Positions 1 through 13,106 are shown, numbered from the stretch's first letter. The stretch is DNA of 64,000 nucleotides from Octopus sinensis (GCF_006345805.1 NC_042997.1:31682001-31746000), one strand, 5' to 3'. Program-made: numbers and translations. The notes: a model not told the origin generated them from the letters alone.

Positions 1-152
1 ATATTTTTATATTGTCCAAAGGCCCAATATTACGTCGTCGAACGTCCACCGAAACAACTGTATAAAAATTAAACATGTTAATGCGATTTTAAACAAAATA
101 TAATTCAGAAGGTCGTGAGTTCAAAGTCGCTGGGAACTCCCCTTTCTATATT

Positions 153-568
153 GGCACAGGCGTGACGGTATGGTAAGAAGTTTGCTTCCCAGTCACATGG
201 TTATGGGTTCAGTCCCACTGTGTGGAATCTTGGGCAAGTGTCTTCTTCTATAGCTTCGGGCCGACCATATCCTTGTGAGTGGATTTGTGACGGAAATTGA
301 AAGAAGTACGCTGTATATATATGTGTGTGTTTGTGTGTGTGTGTATGTGTGTGTGTGTGTGTGAGTATGTGCGTGCGCGCGCGTGTGCATTTATGTATGT
401 GTGTCTTAACAACCAATGTTGGTGTCTTTATGTCCCCGTAACTTAGCAATTCGGCAAAAGATATCTGATAGAATAAAAACTAGGTTTAAAAATAAGTCCT
501 GAGCTCCATATGTTCCACTAAGACCCTTGGCTGCAATCAAATGACTGAAACAAGTAAAAGATAAAAGA
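153..568 (+). mobile_element. tRNA-derived SINE, family B (Octopus-type, CORE-like ttgggcaagtgtc segment)
   Basis: A-box-like ggtatggtaagaag, B-box-like gggttcagtccc, internal (TA)/(TG)n, and tail gactgaaacaagtaaaaga. Many homologues occur in the window. Confidence 0.85.
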
Positions 569-945
569 TGAGGAACGTTAACGGGAATGGGTGTGGTCCT
601 AAGGATACGTCTGGCAAAAGCAGCAACAACCAAATCATAATCAGACACAGACACACGCATACAAGCTTTGCTCCTAAAAATTATTTTTGTCTTTCTTAGC
701 ACTTTGAGAGCCGGCAAAGGGTCACTTATGCAAATGCATATCACAACAACCGAACTTTATATTTGGGACATTTTAGATAAAATAAAAGCTACTTCACATC
801 ATAATTGTAGAAAAAACAAATGAATCTCTACCTGTAGCTGTCATATAGACAGGAGAGAGAAAGAATGTAGCCTGTCTGTGCAAGGCCTTGTGCCTGAAAT
901 TTTAGAGTAGGGGCTGGTCGATTACAGGAAAGGATCATTATCATC

Positions 946-1140
946 AGTTAAAGTGACGAGCTGGGAGAATCGTTAGTGCGCCGGATAAAATGCTTAGTGG
1001 TATTTCGCCTCTCTTTACATTGAGTTCAAATTCTGCCGAGGTTGACTTTGCCCTTCATCCTTTCGGGGTCGGAAAAATAAGTACCAGTTGAGCACTGGGG
1101 GCGATGTAATCGACTTACCCACTCTTCCCAAAGTTGCTGA
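946..1140 (+). mobile_element. tRNA-derived SINE, family C
   Basis: gagctgg(c)agaatcgttag head, B-box gagttcaaattc, central ctttcatcctttcggggtcg...agtaccag. Confidence 0.8.
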
Positions 1141-1149
1141 CATCCGCGG

Positions 1150-1530
1150 TATTGTGTATCAAGATTCGTCGAAAGCGAGTGGATTTGTGAAGCACGAAGA
1201 ATTGGATTCTTCACGAAGACAAGGCATCCTGTCACCGAGATCTCCTTACTCGTGAGTTTCTCGTCAAAAACAGTATGGTGTCGCACTATTTGCTAGATTT
1301 ATCACCTGCGGACTTCCAGTTCTTCCTCAAACTGAAAATTTGGCTCAAAGATTGCCATTTTAACATCGTTGAAGTGACCAAGAACTAAAACGACTTCCAG
1401 GCCGGATTCCAAAAGTGGCAGGAACGCTGGGGCCGGTGTTCGAAGGAGATGATGTTAAAACGTAGATAAATAAGTTGTTTTTTTTTTATTAAACATAACT
1501 AGTCCGGGAAACTTTTCATACCATCTCGTA
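1150..1530 (+). mobile_element. Mariner transposase pseudogene, 3' end with TIR
   Basis: Conceptual translation IRRKR..DWILHEDKASCH..LTREFLVKN..DLSPADF..LK and FQKWQERWGRC..EGD, matching the mariner HHDNA/YSPDLAP motifs. Ends ...accatctcgTA. Confidence 0.85.
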
Positions 1531-1867
1531 TTATTTTTTTCAAAAATGCTTCGCTTGAGTCGGTAGTATGGCTATATTCCCGTCCGTTTACGCCCTAACG
1601 CTGAAATTTTGCATGAGGGGGCTTCACCTTTCATGAACGTGATATTTTAGCCACTAATTTTACCTGATAATTAGAAGTATTGTGTAAGATAAGTATTGCA
1701 ATACCAGTTATGTTGCTCACGATAATCCATACACGAAGAGAAACAGTAAGGGTTCTGTAAGGATAGGAGAAAATAGCAACATAGCAACATATACAACGAG
1801 AGTTTTGTATAGGAGGCCTAACTTCACTGATACAGTATAATGCCAGATGCATTCGCTTTTTGTGCAT

Positions 1868-1886
1868 TAATTATCATCATCACCAC

Positions 1887-1944
<58 letters not shown>

Positions 1945-2045
1945 GTCATCATCATCATCATCATCATCATTATGATTATTGTTATGGTCACTGTTGTTGT
2001 CGTCGTCGTCGTCGTCGTCGTCATCGTCTTCATCACCACCATCAT
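1868..2045. repeat. (CAT)n/(GTC)n microsatellite
   Basis: Read directly; it is the source of the poly-H/I/M/D ORFs. Confidence 0.95.
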
Positions 2046-2324
2046 TACAATCGTCACGCACCATCATCCGACATTAAGTTTGAATTATTTCGTTTGCCTC
2101 GAAGATGTTTATCTCGAAACACCCAAACCGGACCCCAACTGCGTGAGTCAAATGGAAATTCCTCAAATTATTCCTCAACTAACAGTGTTCTTTAACTTAA
2201 TGATGACTGTGAGTTCTTCTCATTTATCACTTCAACAACATAATCAGTAACACGTCAGGTAAAGATTAAACTATCATCCTCCTTCCGCTTTTCTTCCTAT
2301 GCTCTTTTATTTCTTATTGTTTAT

Positions 2325-2355
<31 letters not shown>

Positions 2356-2563
2356 TTATTTATTTATTTATATATATTTGTTTATATCTGTTATTTTATT
2401 GTTGTTTTCACATAGCGCAAATATTGATCTATTTTCGCACAACGTACATACGCACAAACACAAACTCTCGCTCACTTACTCAATCTCACACAAGCACTCT
2501 TGTACAAGGAAATATATGTGTATGTGTTCGTGTGTCTGTGTGTGCGCGTATGTGTGTATGTGT

Positions 2564-2594
<31 letters not shown>

Positions 2595-2729
2595 TACAGA
2601 TTTTACAGTAAAAAAAGATATATAAAATTGACAAATAGATGTTCATCTGAATTGTTGTTGTCTCTTGTTATCTGTTGTCGGTGATGATAACATTAACAGC
2701 AACAACAACAATAATCCTTCCTATTTTGG

Positions 2730-2905
2730 GAGTGTGGTAGTCGTTTTTACCGACTCAAGTTCTCAACTGGTACGTATTTCCTCGGCCCCGAAAGGATGAA
2801 TAGCAAAGTCGAGCTCCGTACCGTTTGAACACAGAAGATAAAGACAGACAAATTGCTACTGAGCATTTTATCTGGCGTACTAAAGATTCTGCCAACTCCC
2901 GCTAT
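2730..2905 (-). mobile_element. SINE family C, degenerate
   Basis: Reverse-strand match to the central domain and head. Confidence 0.65.
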
Positions 2906-3748
2906 TACAGATTTGGTTGTCAGTTGTTTGACCATAACCAGTTGAGCATGTCCATTAGTGACTGACGATATGTGCATCTCTGATCACGAGCAGAAGTAGT
3001 GGGGGAGCATCAAAGCCATGCGTTGAGAGGAACTCTTTGGAGTTTAAATAATTGATCTTTGGAAACATAAGCGTTTCGTTCATCGTCCTTAAACAGGAGT
3101 GGATGTGTGGTAAGTAGCTTACTTACCAAACATATGGTTCTGGGTTCAGTCTCACTGCATGGCATCTTGGGCAAGCGTCTTCTACTATAGCCTCGGGCCG
3201 ACCAAAGCCTTGTGAGTGGATTTGGTAGACGGAAACTGAAAGAAGCCCGTCGTATATATATATATATAAATATGTGTGTGTGTGTTTATGTATATGTTTG
3301 TGTGTTTTCGTTTGTCCTACAACATCGCTTGACAACCGATGCTGTTGTGATAACGTCCCCGTCACTTAGCGGTTCAGCAAGAGAATCCGACAGAATAAGT
3401 ACTAGGCTTACAAAGAATAAGTCCTGGGGTCGATTTGTTCGACTAAAGGCGGTGCTCCAGCATGGCCGCAGTCAAATGACTGGAACAAATAAAAGAAAGT
3501 AAAAAAGAAAACCCTTATTCAGGGACCTTTTGAGCAGGATGGGCTAATCGAGGTGAAGAAAATTCTAACTGGGTCCCGTCTACGAGATCATACGGTTTTC
3601 TGTAATCACCATGTCGCGCACATATGGTTGTGATGCCCGTGCCTGGTGTACCCTTATGAGATATGTAGTCATGATGGGTACATCGGACTTCGTATATTTG
3701 TACCCCAGTGTGTCCTTTTGATGGCATGTACTGCTCTCTCACTCTATG
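2905..3748. mobile_element. Unclassified dispersed repeat split by a SINE
   Basis: 2905-3092 plus 3513-3748 rejoin into a reverse homologue of 54882-55375. The element abuts a (GAT)n tract. Confidence 0.75.
3093..3512 (+). mobile_element. SINE family B, nested in an unclassified repeat
   Basis: Full-length copy. It splits the repeat at 2905-3092 / 3513-3748. Confidence 0.85.
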
Positions 3749-3852
3749 TTGATGATGATGATGATGATGATGATTTGAAATTTTGACACAAGGCTCTCAA
3801 TTTCGGGGAAGAGAGCAAATGGATTTCATACATATATAAATACATACATATA

Positions 3853-4061
3853 CAGGGTGTCCCAGAAGTCGCGCACCACCCTGGTTGTTTAAAAGAATAC
3901 ACCCCTACTGATTTCAAAAACACGTTATTGAAATTAATCATAACATGTGTCCAAATTGAGCACCCTCTACAATAAAACATGCCGAAAATAATATAAAATA
4001 AATTGCTTTAAAATTTTTTTTAATGAAAACCAGAATGGTGCGCGACTTCTGGGACACCCTG
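3853..4061. mobile_element. Tc1/mariner-type MITE (209 bp)
   Basis: Perfect 26-bp TIRs CAGGGTGTCCCAGAAGTCGCGCACCA (3853-3878, 4036-4061) with a TA target duplication. Confidence 0.95.
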
Positions 4062-4443
4062 TAGACAGACACACTACAAACAAACATTTATTCATTTTGA
4101 AAAACGCATTTATTCATGCATATATCTATGTCAAATATCTGGCAAGACATTATGCGTGCATTGCTTTCCAATACTGTATGGCTTTGTTACTTAAACAATG
4201 TACGAAAGATGAAATTGTCATGGAACAAATATAAAAGAGTATTCTCATGGTGTATATATATCCATTCATATCAGTATAACTGATTTCGGGTGGATATTCT
4301 TATCAAAACTTGCGCAAAATACAAACGCAATACGCCTGATATAATTATTTGGGACGAACAATTATGTAGTCTTGTTGACATCAGCTGATCGCTGTAAATT
4401 ATTTGTTCAAGATTAGCGAAAGAAAACATTTATGGTCAACAAA

Positions 4444-4478
<35 letters not shown>

Positions 4479-4571
4479 AATTATATAATTACAATGGTTC
4501 ACTCGGTTTATAATAACGCCATGGTTTATCTTTTGTGGTAGGTCTAACCCACCACTCGGTCAATTAGCACC

Positions 4572-4607
4572 AAATTTCGCTAAAGGCACCAGCCTTTAGC
4601 GAAATTT
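4572..4607. repeat. Perfect 16-bp hairpin
   Basis: AAATTTCGCTAAAGGC-acca-GCCTTTAGCGAAATTT. Confidence 0.9.
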
Positions 4608-5064
4608 TACTCTGTGAAAAAGCATTCAGAGTACAGTTTTCATTTTCCAGCCTTGACTTTGTTCTTGTAAGGATCGACGAATCTATCCATCTCAAAATAA
4701 GCAATTGTGCGTGTGAAGGGTGCGCGTGTGTAAGTGCAGAAATAAAGCAATAAACAGAAGGCAAGTGTGGTATTCAATGCTTTATAGGATATACACGCAT
4801 TTCGCCAAATTAGCGGAAGAATTAGAGAAGTAGTAGAAACATTATGTTATCACGTTCGTCACTTCACTTGTGTTTCACAACAAATATGAGTTTTATGCTC
4901 CGTGTCATACTACTCAGGGAACTGAAGTGGAGTAAGGAACCCACGATTAAATCTGACTTTTTGTTACGTGTCGCATTCACTGTGCCTCGTTGTGTACGTG
5001 TATACACACACACACACACACGCACACACACATACACACACCACCACCACCACCACCACCACCA

Positions 5065-5123
<59 letters not shown>

Positions 5124-5132
5124 CACATATAT

Positions 5133-5211
5133 AAGTGTTTTCTACTATACCTTCGGGCCGAACAAATCCTTGTGAGTGGATTTGGTAGACGAAAACTGAA
5201 AGAAGCCTGTC
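5133..5211 (+). mobile_element. SINE family B fragment
   Basis: gtgttttctactataccttcgggccgaacaaatccttgtgagtggatttggtagacg. Confidence 0.75.
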
Positions 5212-5244
<33 letters not shown>

Positions 5245-5305
5245 TATACAGACACATATGCGTGTGTGTGTGTAAATAAGGTGTATATGTTTGTGTGTGT
5301 GTATA

Positions 5306-5720
5306 CAGGGGTTGGAGAAAATAACGAAAACCCCTTAACATTTCAAATAAATTAATTTTAATATTGGGTAGGCCCACCTTTGGCAGTAGCTACTGCTTGA
5401 ATTCTACGAGGTACGGACTCGTACAAATTTTAAATTGTTTCCAAAGAAATATGTGTTCATTCTTCAGCTAAAACCGCCTCCAGTTCTTGTAGTGATGATA
5501 GTGGAGGATATCGACTCCTTACTTGTTCTAAAATGCACCATAAATGTTCCATAATTTTGAGATCTGTGGACTGTGGTGGCGAGATAAGATGTTCAACTGT
5601 TGTGGCCAGATAAGATGAGACTTGTTCTATGAATAGAAATGCTAGAACAAGCATCGCAATGCATTCCATTAGGAGCTTTAATGATTCTGTCATTCTAACA
5701 TTCTTGAATTGTACTTTATT
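5306..5720 (-). mobile_element. Tc1-like transposon 3' remnant
   Basis: ORF 5457-5693(-) reads ..SPPQSTDLKIMEHLWCILE..RSRYPPLSSLQELEAVLAEE, matching Tc1 WPPQSPDLN.IEHLW. The TA-CAGGGGTTGG terminus is at 5304-5315. Confidence 0.85.
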
Positions 5721-5983
5721 TGAACGACTCCAGGAGGAAGAAAGACAAAATCGATTTCGGCTGGATTTGTATACAAAGAACTATAGGTCGGAACTGCAAG
5801 GCATTTGTTCCGATATTTATGCTGTTTTTCTTTTGTTTTTTTTTAACAAACCAACAGCGGTTCTGATATGGTAGGCGGGACCAACACAATCACAAAGACA
5901 CAAACACACACGCATGCAGGTATATACATGTGTGTGTGCATGTGTGTATGTTTATGTGTATATATGTACACACACACACATAT

Positions 5984-6157
5984 ATCGTAAAATATAATTA
6001 CCAGCTAAATGTGGTGGTCCCATAGAGGACGATGCTGTTGTTGTTTTTAGCCCCAGGAGGATATCTCCTCCAGCTGGCTAACGACTGGGGCTAAAAACAA
6101 CAGTAACATCATCCTCTATGTGACCGCCACATTTAGTTGGCAATTATACTTTACGAT
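5984..6157. repeat. Long inverted repeat (73-bp arms, 28-nt spacer)
   Basis: 5984-6056 is the reverse complement of 6085-6157 with a few, mostly transition, mismatches. A partial homologue lies at about 15466-15512. Confidence 0.85.
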
Positions 6158-6220
6158 TCCGCGCTACTACTGTTTATTTCTCGCTCAGAGATTTACTATA
6201 GTATATATGTATGTAACATA

Positions 6221-6497
6221 TGGTGGCGTGGATTTCCACCTCGGCATTCGAAACTCGGAGTTTTATCATGGCTACCGAATAATTGTCACATATTACTTTT
6301 GTGACCGCGTGTGTACCGTTGGCGATTTTTTTCCCTGTCTTCCGTTCTCTGGATATTTCCTTCTATGTTTCCGACGAAGAGCTCCGCTCGAAACGTTACA
6401 CCCTCCTTCTTCCTTCTTCCTGAGCGTCCAATAATACTATATTTGTTCCACGTACACGCGTTGTTGTGTTTTTTTGTGCTTTCATTTTGGATTAACT
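6221..6497 (+). mobile_element. Penelope-like (pLTR-type) fragment with hammerhead-like remnants
   Basis: Contains the 3' half of the 15.6-kb hammerhead (GAAACTCGGAGTTTTATCATG at 6250) and a second motif, CCGACGA-A-GAGC tcc GCTC-GAAAC-GTTA, at 6371-6398. The T-rich tail ends in (TA)n. Confidence 0.45.
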
Positions 6498-6540
6498 ATA
6501 TATAATATATATATATATTATATATATATATATATATATT

Positions 6541-6692
6541 CAACGGGCTTCCACAAAGTTTCTGTCCACTATATTCACTCACAAGGCATAGATTATTTCG
6601 GGGCTATAGCAGAAGATACTCATCCAAGACGCCGGCCAGTGGTACTGAACCCGCAACCTCGTAGCCGCTAACTGAGTTTATTAATCACACGT
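6541..6692 (-). mobile_element. SINE family B, degenerate 5' half
   Basis: Reverse-strand similarity to the head and CORE-like segment. Confidence 0.65.
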
Positions 6693-7078
6693 ACACATAA
6701 GGATGAAAGGCTATATATTGTGTCTCTGTATTAAATCAATAATCCATTCTCATAGCGGACACGAACACCCACAGCCTTGTTTGAATACCCAAAACGCGAG
6801 ATAACAATGGATTACTTATTAATTTTCTTTTAATGTTATACTATTTTATATGTATTTTTATGACCAATAGAATCAGTCGTTACATGTTCCCAGCGAACCA
6901 ATTATCAGCTCGCTATGTTTACGATAGTCAGAGCGTCAAGGGAGTGACTACACAACTTGGGCGGAACATATCCTACGAGATATTTCATTCGAAAAAACCA
7001 AGTTTATCGACTTTCCTGCAGATGATTACGTATTTCGCCGATACACACCGTCGAAAGATTTACACACACACGCACACA

Positions 7079-7109
<31 letters not shown>

Positions 7110-7113
7110 AACA

Positions 7114-7144
<31 letters not shown>

Positions 7145-8296
7145 CAACAAATAAACACACATTCATATATACATACATACATACATACATACATACAAAC
7201 ATACATACATACATACACGCATACATACATACAAACATACATACATACATACACGCATACATACATACATACATTCATGCATACATACTTATATCCACCG
7301 ACACTCAATATGCACACTCACACCTATATATACATACATACACACATACATACATACATACATACATACATACAAACATGCATTTATGCATACATACTTA
7401 TATCCACGGACACTCAATATGCACACGCACACCCACACATACATACATACACACACAATACATACATACATATATACATACATGTATATATATACTAACA
7501 CATACACGATTTAACTTTAAATATTTTCTTCCTGTTTTATGCTATTTCACCTCCTTTCTTTCTCCTATACACCCCGACAGATGGCCACGTACGTTGTGTA
7601 TCATGTTTATTATTATCTTTTTTGGTAAGGCTCAAGTTTGTACTGTGTCATGGTCGGCTGAATAAACGTCGCCTTTTTGTCTACGATCAAACGGACGTCA
7701 AACTATTGGTTCCATATTGAGTAAAAAGAAAAAGAGTGAAAGAGAAATAAATAAAAAAAGCAAAGACTAGATTTAAACAGAAAGAGTTTTACTTGCTTTA
7801 GGCGTCATCTATTTAGCATGTCGTGTTTCGGCTGCATGCTTTTTATTTCTTCTTATGTATTTATTTATTATTTATTTATCTATTTATTTATTGAAAACAT
7901 AAAAAAGACAAAAAATATTTATTTATTTATTTTATTTTTGTCTCATTCATTCTCAGGAAGTCGTGTTGGCTAGTCTCTCTGTAAGATTTGAAAACACATA
8001 TTTTACAATTGAAAGATAAAAACACAATCAATTCCCCTCCCCACCACCCACCACCATCACTACAAATAGATAAGAGTTGTATTTGTTTGCTTAGTGATTG
8101 TTTTTTTTTAATTATTTTTCTTTCACTCCCCTCTCTTTTTATTTCTTTCTCTGTCTGTAACATCATCTCTATCTTTCTTAGATTTTCTTTATTTTCAATA
8201 TTTTTTTAATTCATATATAATTTTCGCCCAATTCAGGATCACAGCATATAGGTACACTGCGACTTAATTTCTTTTCCTCAACAGGCCCTGTCCTGT

Positions 8297-8513
8297 TTAA
8301 CCCTTTAGTGTTCAGATTACTCTGTTAAACGTAATACTTTTTCACTCAAATTGTTTTTAATTAATCATGCATTATCTTATAGCCTTGAGGTTTCAATGAC
8401 GTGATTGTTCATTTTTAGAATGTCAATGTAGGTTAGGTGTGAGAGGCCTGATCTGGTTAGTTTAACCATAAAATAGGTAGAAAACTTTGGCCGGATATGG
8501 CCAAAAGAGGTCA
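8297..8513. mobile_element. piggyBac-like MITE
   Basis: Starts TTAA-CCCTTTAG; it is a reverse homologue of 29139-29364. Confidence 0.6.
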
Positions 8514-9289
8514 AAGAGGAAAAGGATCCCATCAACTTTATACGGAGTCTGGGCAGATTTCTTCAAGGAATACCGGATAAGCCACCCGTAGTTGGATACA
8601 ATTCACTCAACAAGAACTCATTACTTGGATGGACCATAAACAAAACTTGACTTAAACAGGATTTAGATAATCCTATCGGGTGGTGCTACTAAGTTAGACA
8701 TGGCCTGGACTAATCTTTGGTCGAAACATATTTAAGTTTTATCTACGTTAAGTGCTTGTAAGCACAAAAAGTCTGTACTAAATGATCCCTCGAAACGAAT
8801 ATCACAGTATTACGGTATTCTTATAAAAGTTGTTATTTGGTCCTAACACTGCTACCGTTGTTCATTTCTAATTTCAAACAGATATGTAGTTTGGTAAAGG
8901 AAAGCACTATTTACATACCAATCCTACAATATGTGTGTGTGTGTCCTGTGTCTTGACGTTTCCTCCCCGCTAACCACTTGCATACAAAGGGAACTGAAGC
9001 CAACCTTCTCTTTCCAAATACGACCGCTCTTTGGTCTAAATTCGCCGCCTCTTATTTTCGAACTTACACATGCCCCGAAATTACACACCGATTTGTTTTG
9101 TTTCCTGCGCCTTTTTTTTTTTTTACCTCGTTATCCCCCACCTGTACCCACTCCTCATGACCTTCCCACCCTACTCCAAAACCGACCATAATTACACACA
9201 CCAACACGCTGACAGAGTATTGACATAAGCAACTTCCTCCCTTCGACCATCCCTCCTCCATACATTCACATCTTTCATTTATATACGCA

Positions 9290-9517
9290 TACTCTTTACT
9301 CTTTTACTCTTTTACTTGTTTCAGACATTTGACTGCGGCCATGCTGGAGCACCGCCTTTAGTCGAGCAAATCGACCCCGGGACTTATTCTTTGTAAGCCT
9401 AGTACTTATTCTATCGCCTAACCTTTTGCCGAACCGCTAAGATACGGGGACGTAAACACACCAGTATCGGTTGTCAAGCGATGTGGAGGGGACACAAACA
9501 TATAAACACACAAAAAT

Positions 9518-9553
<36 letters not shown>

Positions 9554-9705
9554 GACGGGCTTCTTTCAGTTTCCGTCTACCAAATCCACTCGCAAGGCTT
9601 TGGTCGGCCTGAGGCTATAGTAGAAGACACAGAAGACACTTGCACAAGGTGTCACGCAGTGGAACTGAAAAGCAATCTACTTGCCACAGAGCCACTCCTG
9701 CGCCT
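9290..9705 (-). mobile_element. SINE family B
   Basis: Runs from cttttacttgtttcagacatttgactgcggcc to gccactcctgcgcct. Confidence 0.85.
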
Positions 9706-10149
9706 ATATTCACACTTACATCACATTTCATCAATTATTTTCCGTTTGACATACATCAGCACGCGGATACACACACCTACATTTCACATACACACATGCA
9801 TATTTTCTCATTGACAATCACACACATCGGTGAGCGCGCGCACACACCACACACACACATACCCACACTCACCTTTTCACATCCGCATTACATACAATAC
9901 AAACTCATACCGCTCTCATACGTACGCCTTGCACTCTTCACTCTTCACGTGTAGACACATGCACACTCCAGTACGCAGGCGAATTCCCCCACCACCACTA
10001 CCATTATATATACCAATTTCCATGCATTCCACCAAAAAGGTATTCATTCATTAATAAGCCGAACCGCAAAAGATACGTCACACACATACTAAATAGAAAC
10101 CTGTTTATTAACAGATTGCCATAGCATTGATTGAAGAGTGCTAGTTAAG

Positions 10150-11460
10150 AAACCGTTCTTTCCTAATGATAAAACATCATATGCTGAAGCATGTCTGACG
10201 ACACATGGTGTCACGTGATTATGGAGTATTCTTGATCCAGAGAGATGAACTCAATATCTCGTGTTGACCACCGCCAGGCTTCTGTACATTGAATGCAGCA
10301 AACGATTGATGAAAGCCATACGATTGATGACAGCAGCTCACACTCAGTTAAAACTTGCAGTGAGCTGTACTGCAGTTGTCAGCCTTGGGTAGGTGTCATT
10401 TAACCTTCTTTGGATTTCGTCCCACAAGTGCTCTATGGGATTCAAGTCCTAGCAGTATGGGTTCGGGCGTTGTCGTGTTGGAATACGTGATTCCGATGAC
10501 GGGCAAATATGACATAATGTCAGGTCTCAACACTTGGTCGATGTAGAGAGCAGCAGTTACTTCATTGCCCCGGCCTTGGCCGATGTTTTGGTAGACCACC
10601 GGTCCAAGTTTCTGGTTGAGTGCAATCCCACCCCATACCATGATGCTCTCTCCATGACACAGCCATCGGCAAATTGTCCACCCCTTTTTCTCCAAACCCT
10701 AGCTCTGCCATCTGCCACAGAAATGCAATATCGACTTTCGTCAGAGAAGACTACAGACTTCCACTACTGATATCGCCATTTCTGATGTGCCCGTCGAAAG
10801 CAATCTGTGAGGATAAGGCCCCTAGCCGGACGTCGACAGATCTTAGGCGGCGGTGAATTGTCTCTGCACAAATGCGTCTGTGGTGAGACCCTATGGTCTG
10901 CCTAGCTAATTCCGTGACCCCCAGGGATCGGCTCTGAAGTACTGACAGTGCAGGTGGCGATCATGACGTGCTGTTGTAACCCTCGGGCGCCCACTGGGTG
11001 GAAGATCATCCCTGCTGTTTGTGGCATTGTATCAGTCACTCAATTGCCCGAATACCGCAGAACAAGTTATTAGCAATGAACCTTGGACATTTATCACACA
11101 TAGAGACGTCCGATGGCTTGCTCCTTTGAATTGGTGTCAGTTTTGGCATGTTTGCTGCTTTTGGGACACGAATGATAGGCTAGTAAATTTTCCGTTTATG
11201 CTCAAGGTTGGAACCAGAGAACGTATCGCTGCACGTCGCGTCCTTGACAGATCTGCTTCTGTCGAATGGAAAGAAGGTTATTCCTTCGAGGCGCTTGCCA
11301 TCCCTGCGATCGAGACCTGCTGGCTCAAGTTGAGACCTCTTCTGAGCGGTGTATCGTGGTAATTGGCCCGCACTAAGACTGCAAGTTAAAGGATGCAGGC
11401 GTAATTCGTCTACTACCACTCCTGTCTTGAGGTCGCTGTGCCGAACTATTGACTTATTTC
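10150..11460 (-). mobile_element. Decayed Tc1-like transposase element
   Basis: Minus strand gives SGRPRVTT (about 10975-10998), VFSDESRYC (about 10725-10752) and GESIMVWGGI..YIDQVLRP (ORF 10396-10695), with stops and frameshifts. Boundaries are approximate. Confidence 0.85.
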
Positions 11461-11822
11461 CCTGTTATTAGTCAACGCTTAAACTAACATATGCATTCAT
11501 ACAAGAGCATGAGATTTTCTTTACAGATCATCACGGAATGTTCCTATACATTTCTGTAGTCCGATTTCTCACTAACGAAAGAGTAGACATGTTTAATATG
11601 TTCAAATGTTCATGAATTATTCAATGAATGGGCGTCAAATCTCGTCAAATCTCATCAAACCAACTCCTATAGTCGGTTCCAGGACGATTAATTGAATCGA
11701 CTACACACCAACACACGCATTCGCGCGTATATTATATAAGATACGCACACGCGTGCAAATGCGTGTTTGCATGTGTATACATACATATATGTATACATAC
11801 ATGTATATATATATTATATGTG

Positions 11823-11854
<32 letters not shown>

Positions 11855-11871
11855 ATATATATATGTGTGTG

Positions 11872-11903
<32 letters not shown>

Positions 11904-11957
11904 CGCATATACTATTTTCTATATATTCAACCACGTGCTTTCACAAACCAACTTTCT

Positions 11958-11989
<32 letters not shown>

Positions 11990-12877
11990 TATTTATATGT
12001 GTGTGTGTGTGTGTGCGCGTATGTATGTGTGTACATATATATGCAAGTACTATGTATATTAGTCATATATATGTATGTGCGCGTGTATGTATGTATGCAT
12101 GCATGTATGGAAGAAAGTGCAGTAGATTTTATGACGGAACAACAGCAACAACTACAACTTGTATAAGAGCACTTTCTGAATACGAGAACACCATATTTTA
12201 TTCCTTCTGCTGGTCATAAAGTAAAAATATAATGGTGAATAAATAATTTCTTCTTTTCTTCAATGTGAATATTCTGTTGCTGATTTTGTTAACACAAAAC
12301 ACTTTACAAAATTTTATACTCGATTCCAGCTCAAGAAAAAAACTAGAAGCACAAGAAAAGCCAAAGGAAGAAATAGGTGATAAAAACGACACCAGATAAA
12401 TCTGAATGACTATGTATAGGATTCTTATAATATGTGAAATGGTAAAAACAGAGAGAAACAAAACGAAACAAATAATTTGTCCATTATTGAAATGTGGTAG
12501 GCTTTATTGGAATTCTTCTTCACTTCCTGACAAATAGCGATTTCAAAGATTTTTAAGATTGTTAAGATTTCAATGACAGAAAATGTGCAAATAAGAAGAG
12601 AAAGAAAATGTTGGGAGGTGCGGGGTGGGGTGGAGGAGGAAAATATATCATTAGAAAATCTTGTGAAAAAATAAAAGCTGGAAGGAATGATAAACAAAAT
12701 ATACCCTGCGTATACACACACACACGCTTACACATACACATGTCTGTAGTTGTGTCAGTGTATGTACACACACACACACACACACATATACATATACATA
12801 CACACACACACACACACACGCATATATATATATACACCAACTTTCTCACCTATATATATATATATATATATACATAC

Positions 12878-12928
<51 letters not shown>

Positions 12929-13013
12929 ATATACATATATATATATATATATACATATATATATACATACACACACACACACACACGCATATATATATAC
13001 ACCAACTTTCTCA

Positions 13014-13061
<48 letters not shown>

Positions 13062-13062
13062 C

Positions 13063-13106
<44 letters not shown>

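Noticed and set aside
1824-2250. Poly-His/Ile/Met/Asp ORFs (also 16541-17739, 41269-41711, 55378-55687)
   Set aside because: They are open frames of trinucleotide microsatellites, open in several frames and on both strands, with no flanking domain or splice support.
6833-7498. 221-aa ORF and the many other HT/YI/CV-repeat ORFs
   Set aside because: Length comes from (CA)n, (TA)n and (TACA)n repeats; the unique N-terminal part shows no recognisable protein features.
12793-13105. ~167-bp tandem duplication around accaactttctcacc
   Set aside because: It is almost entirely (CA)n/(TA)n; slippage or assembly duplication is sufficient explanation.
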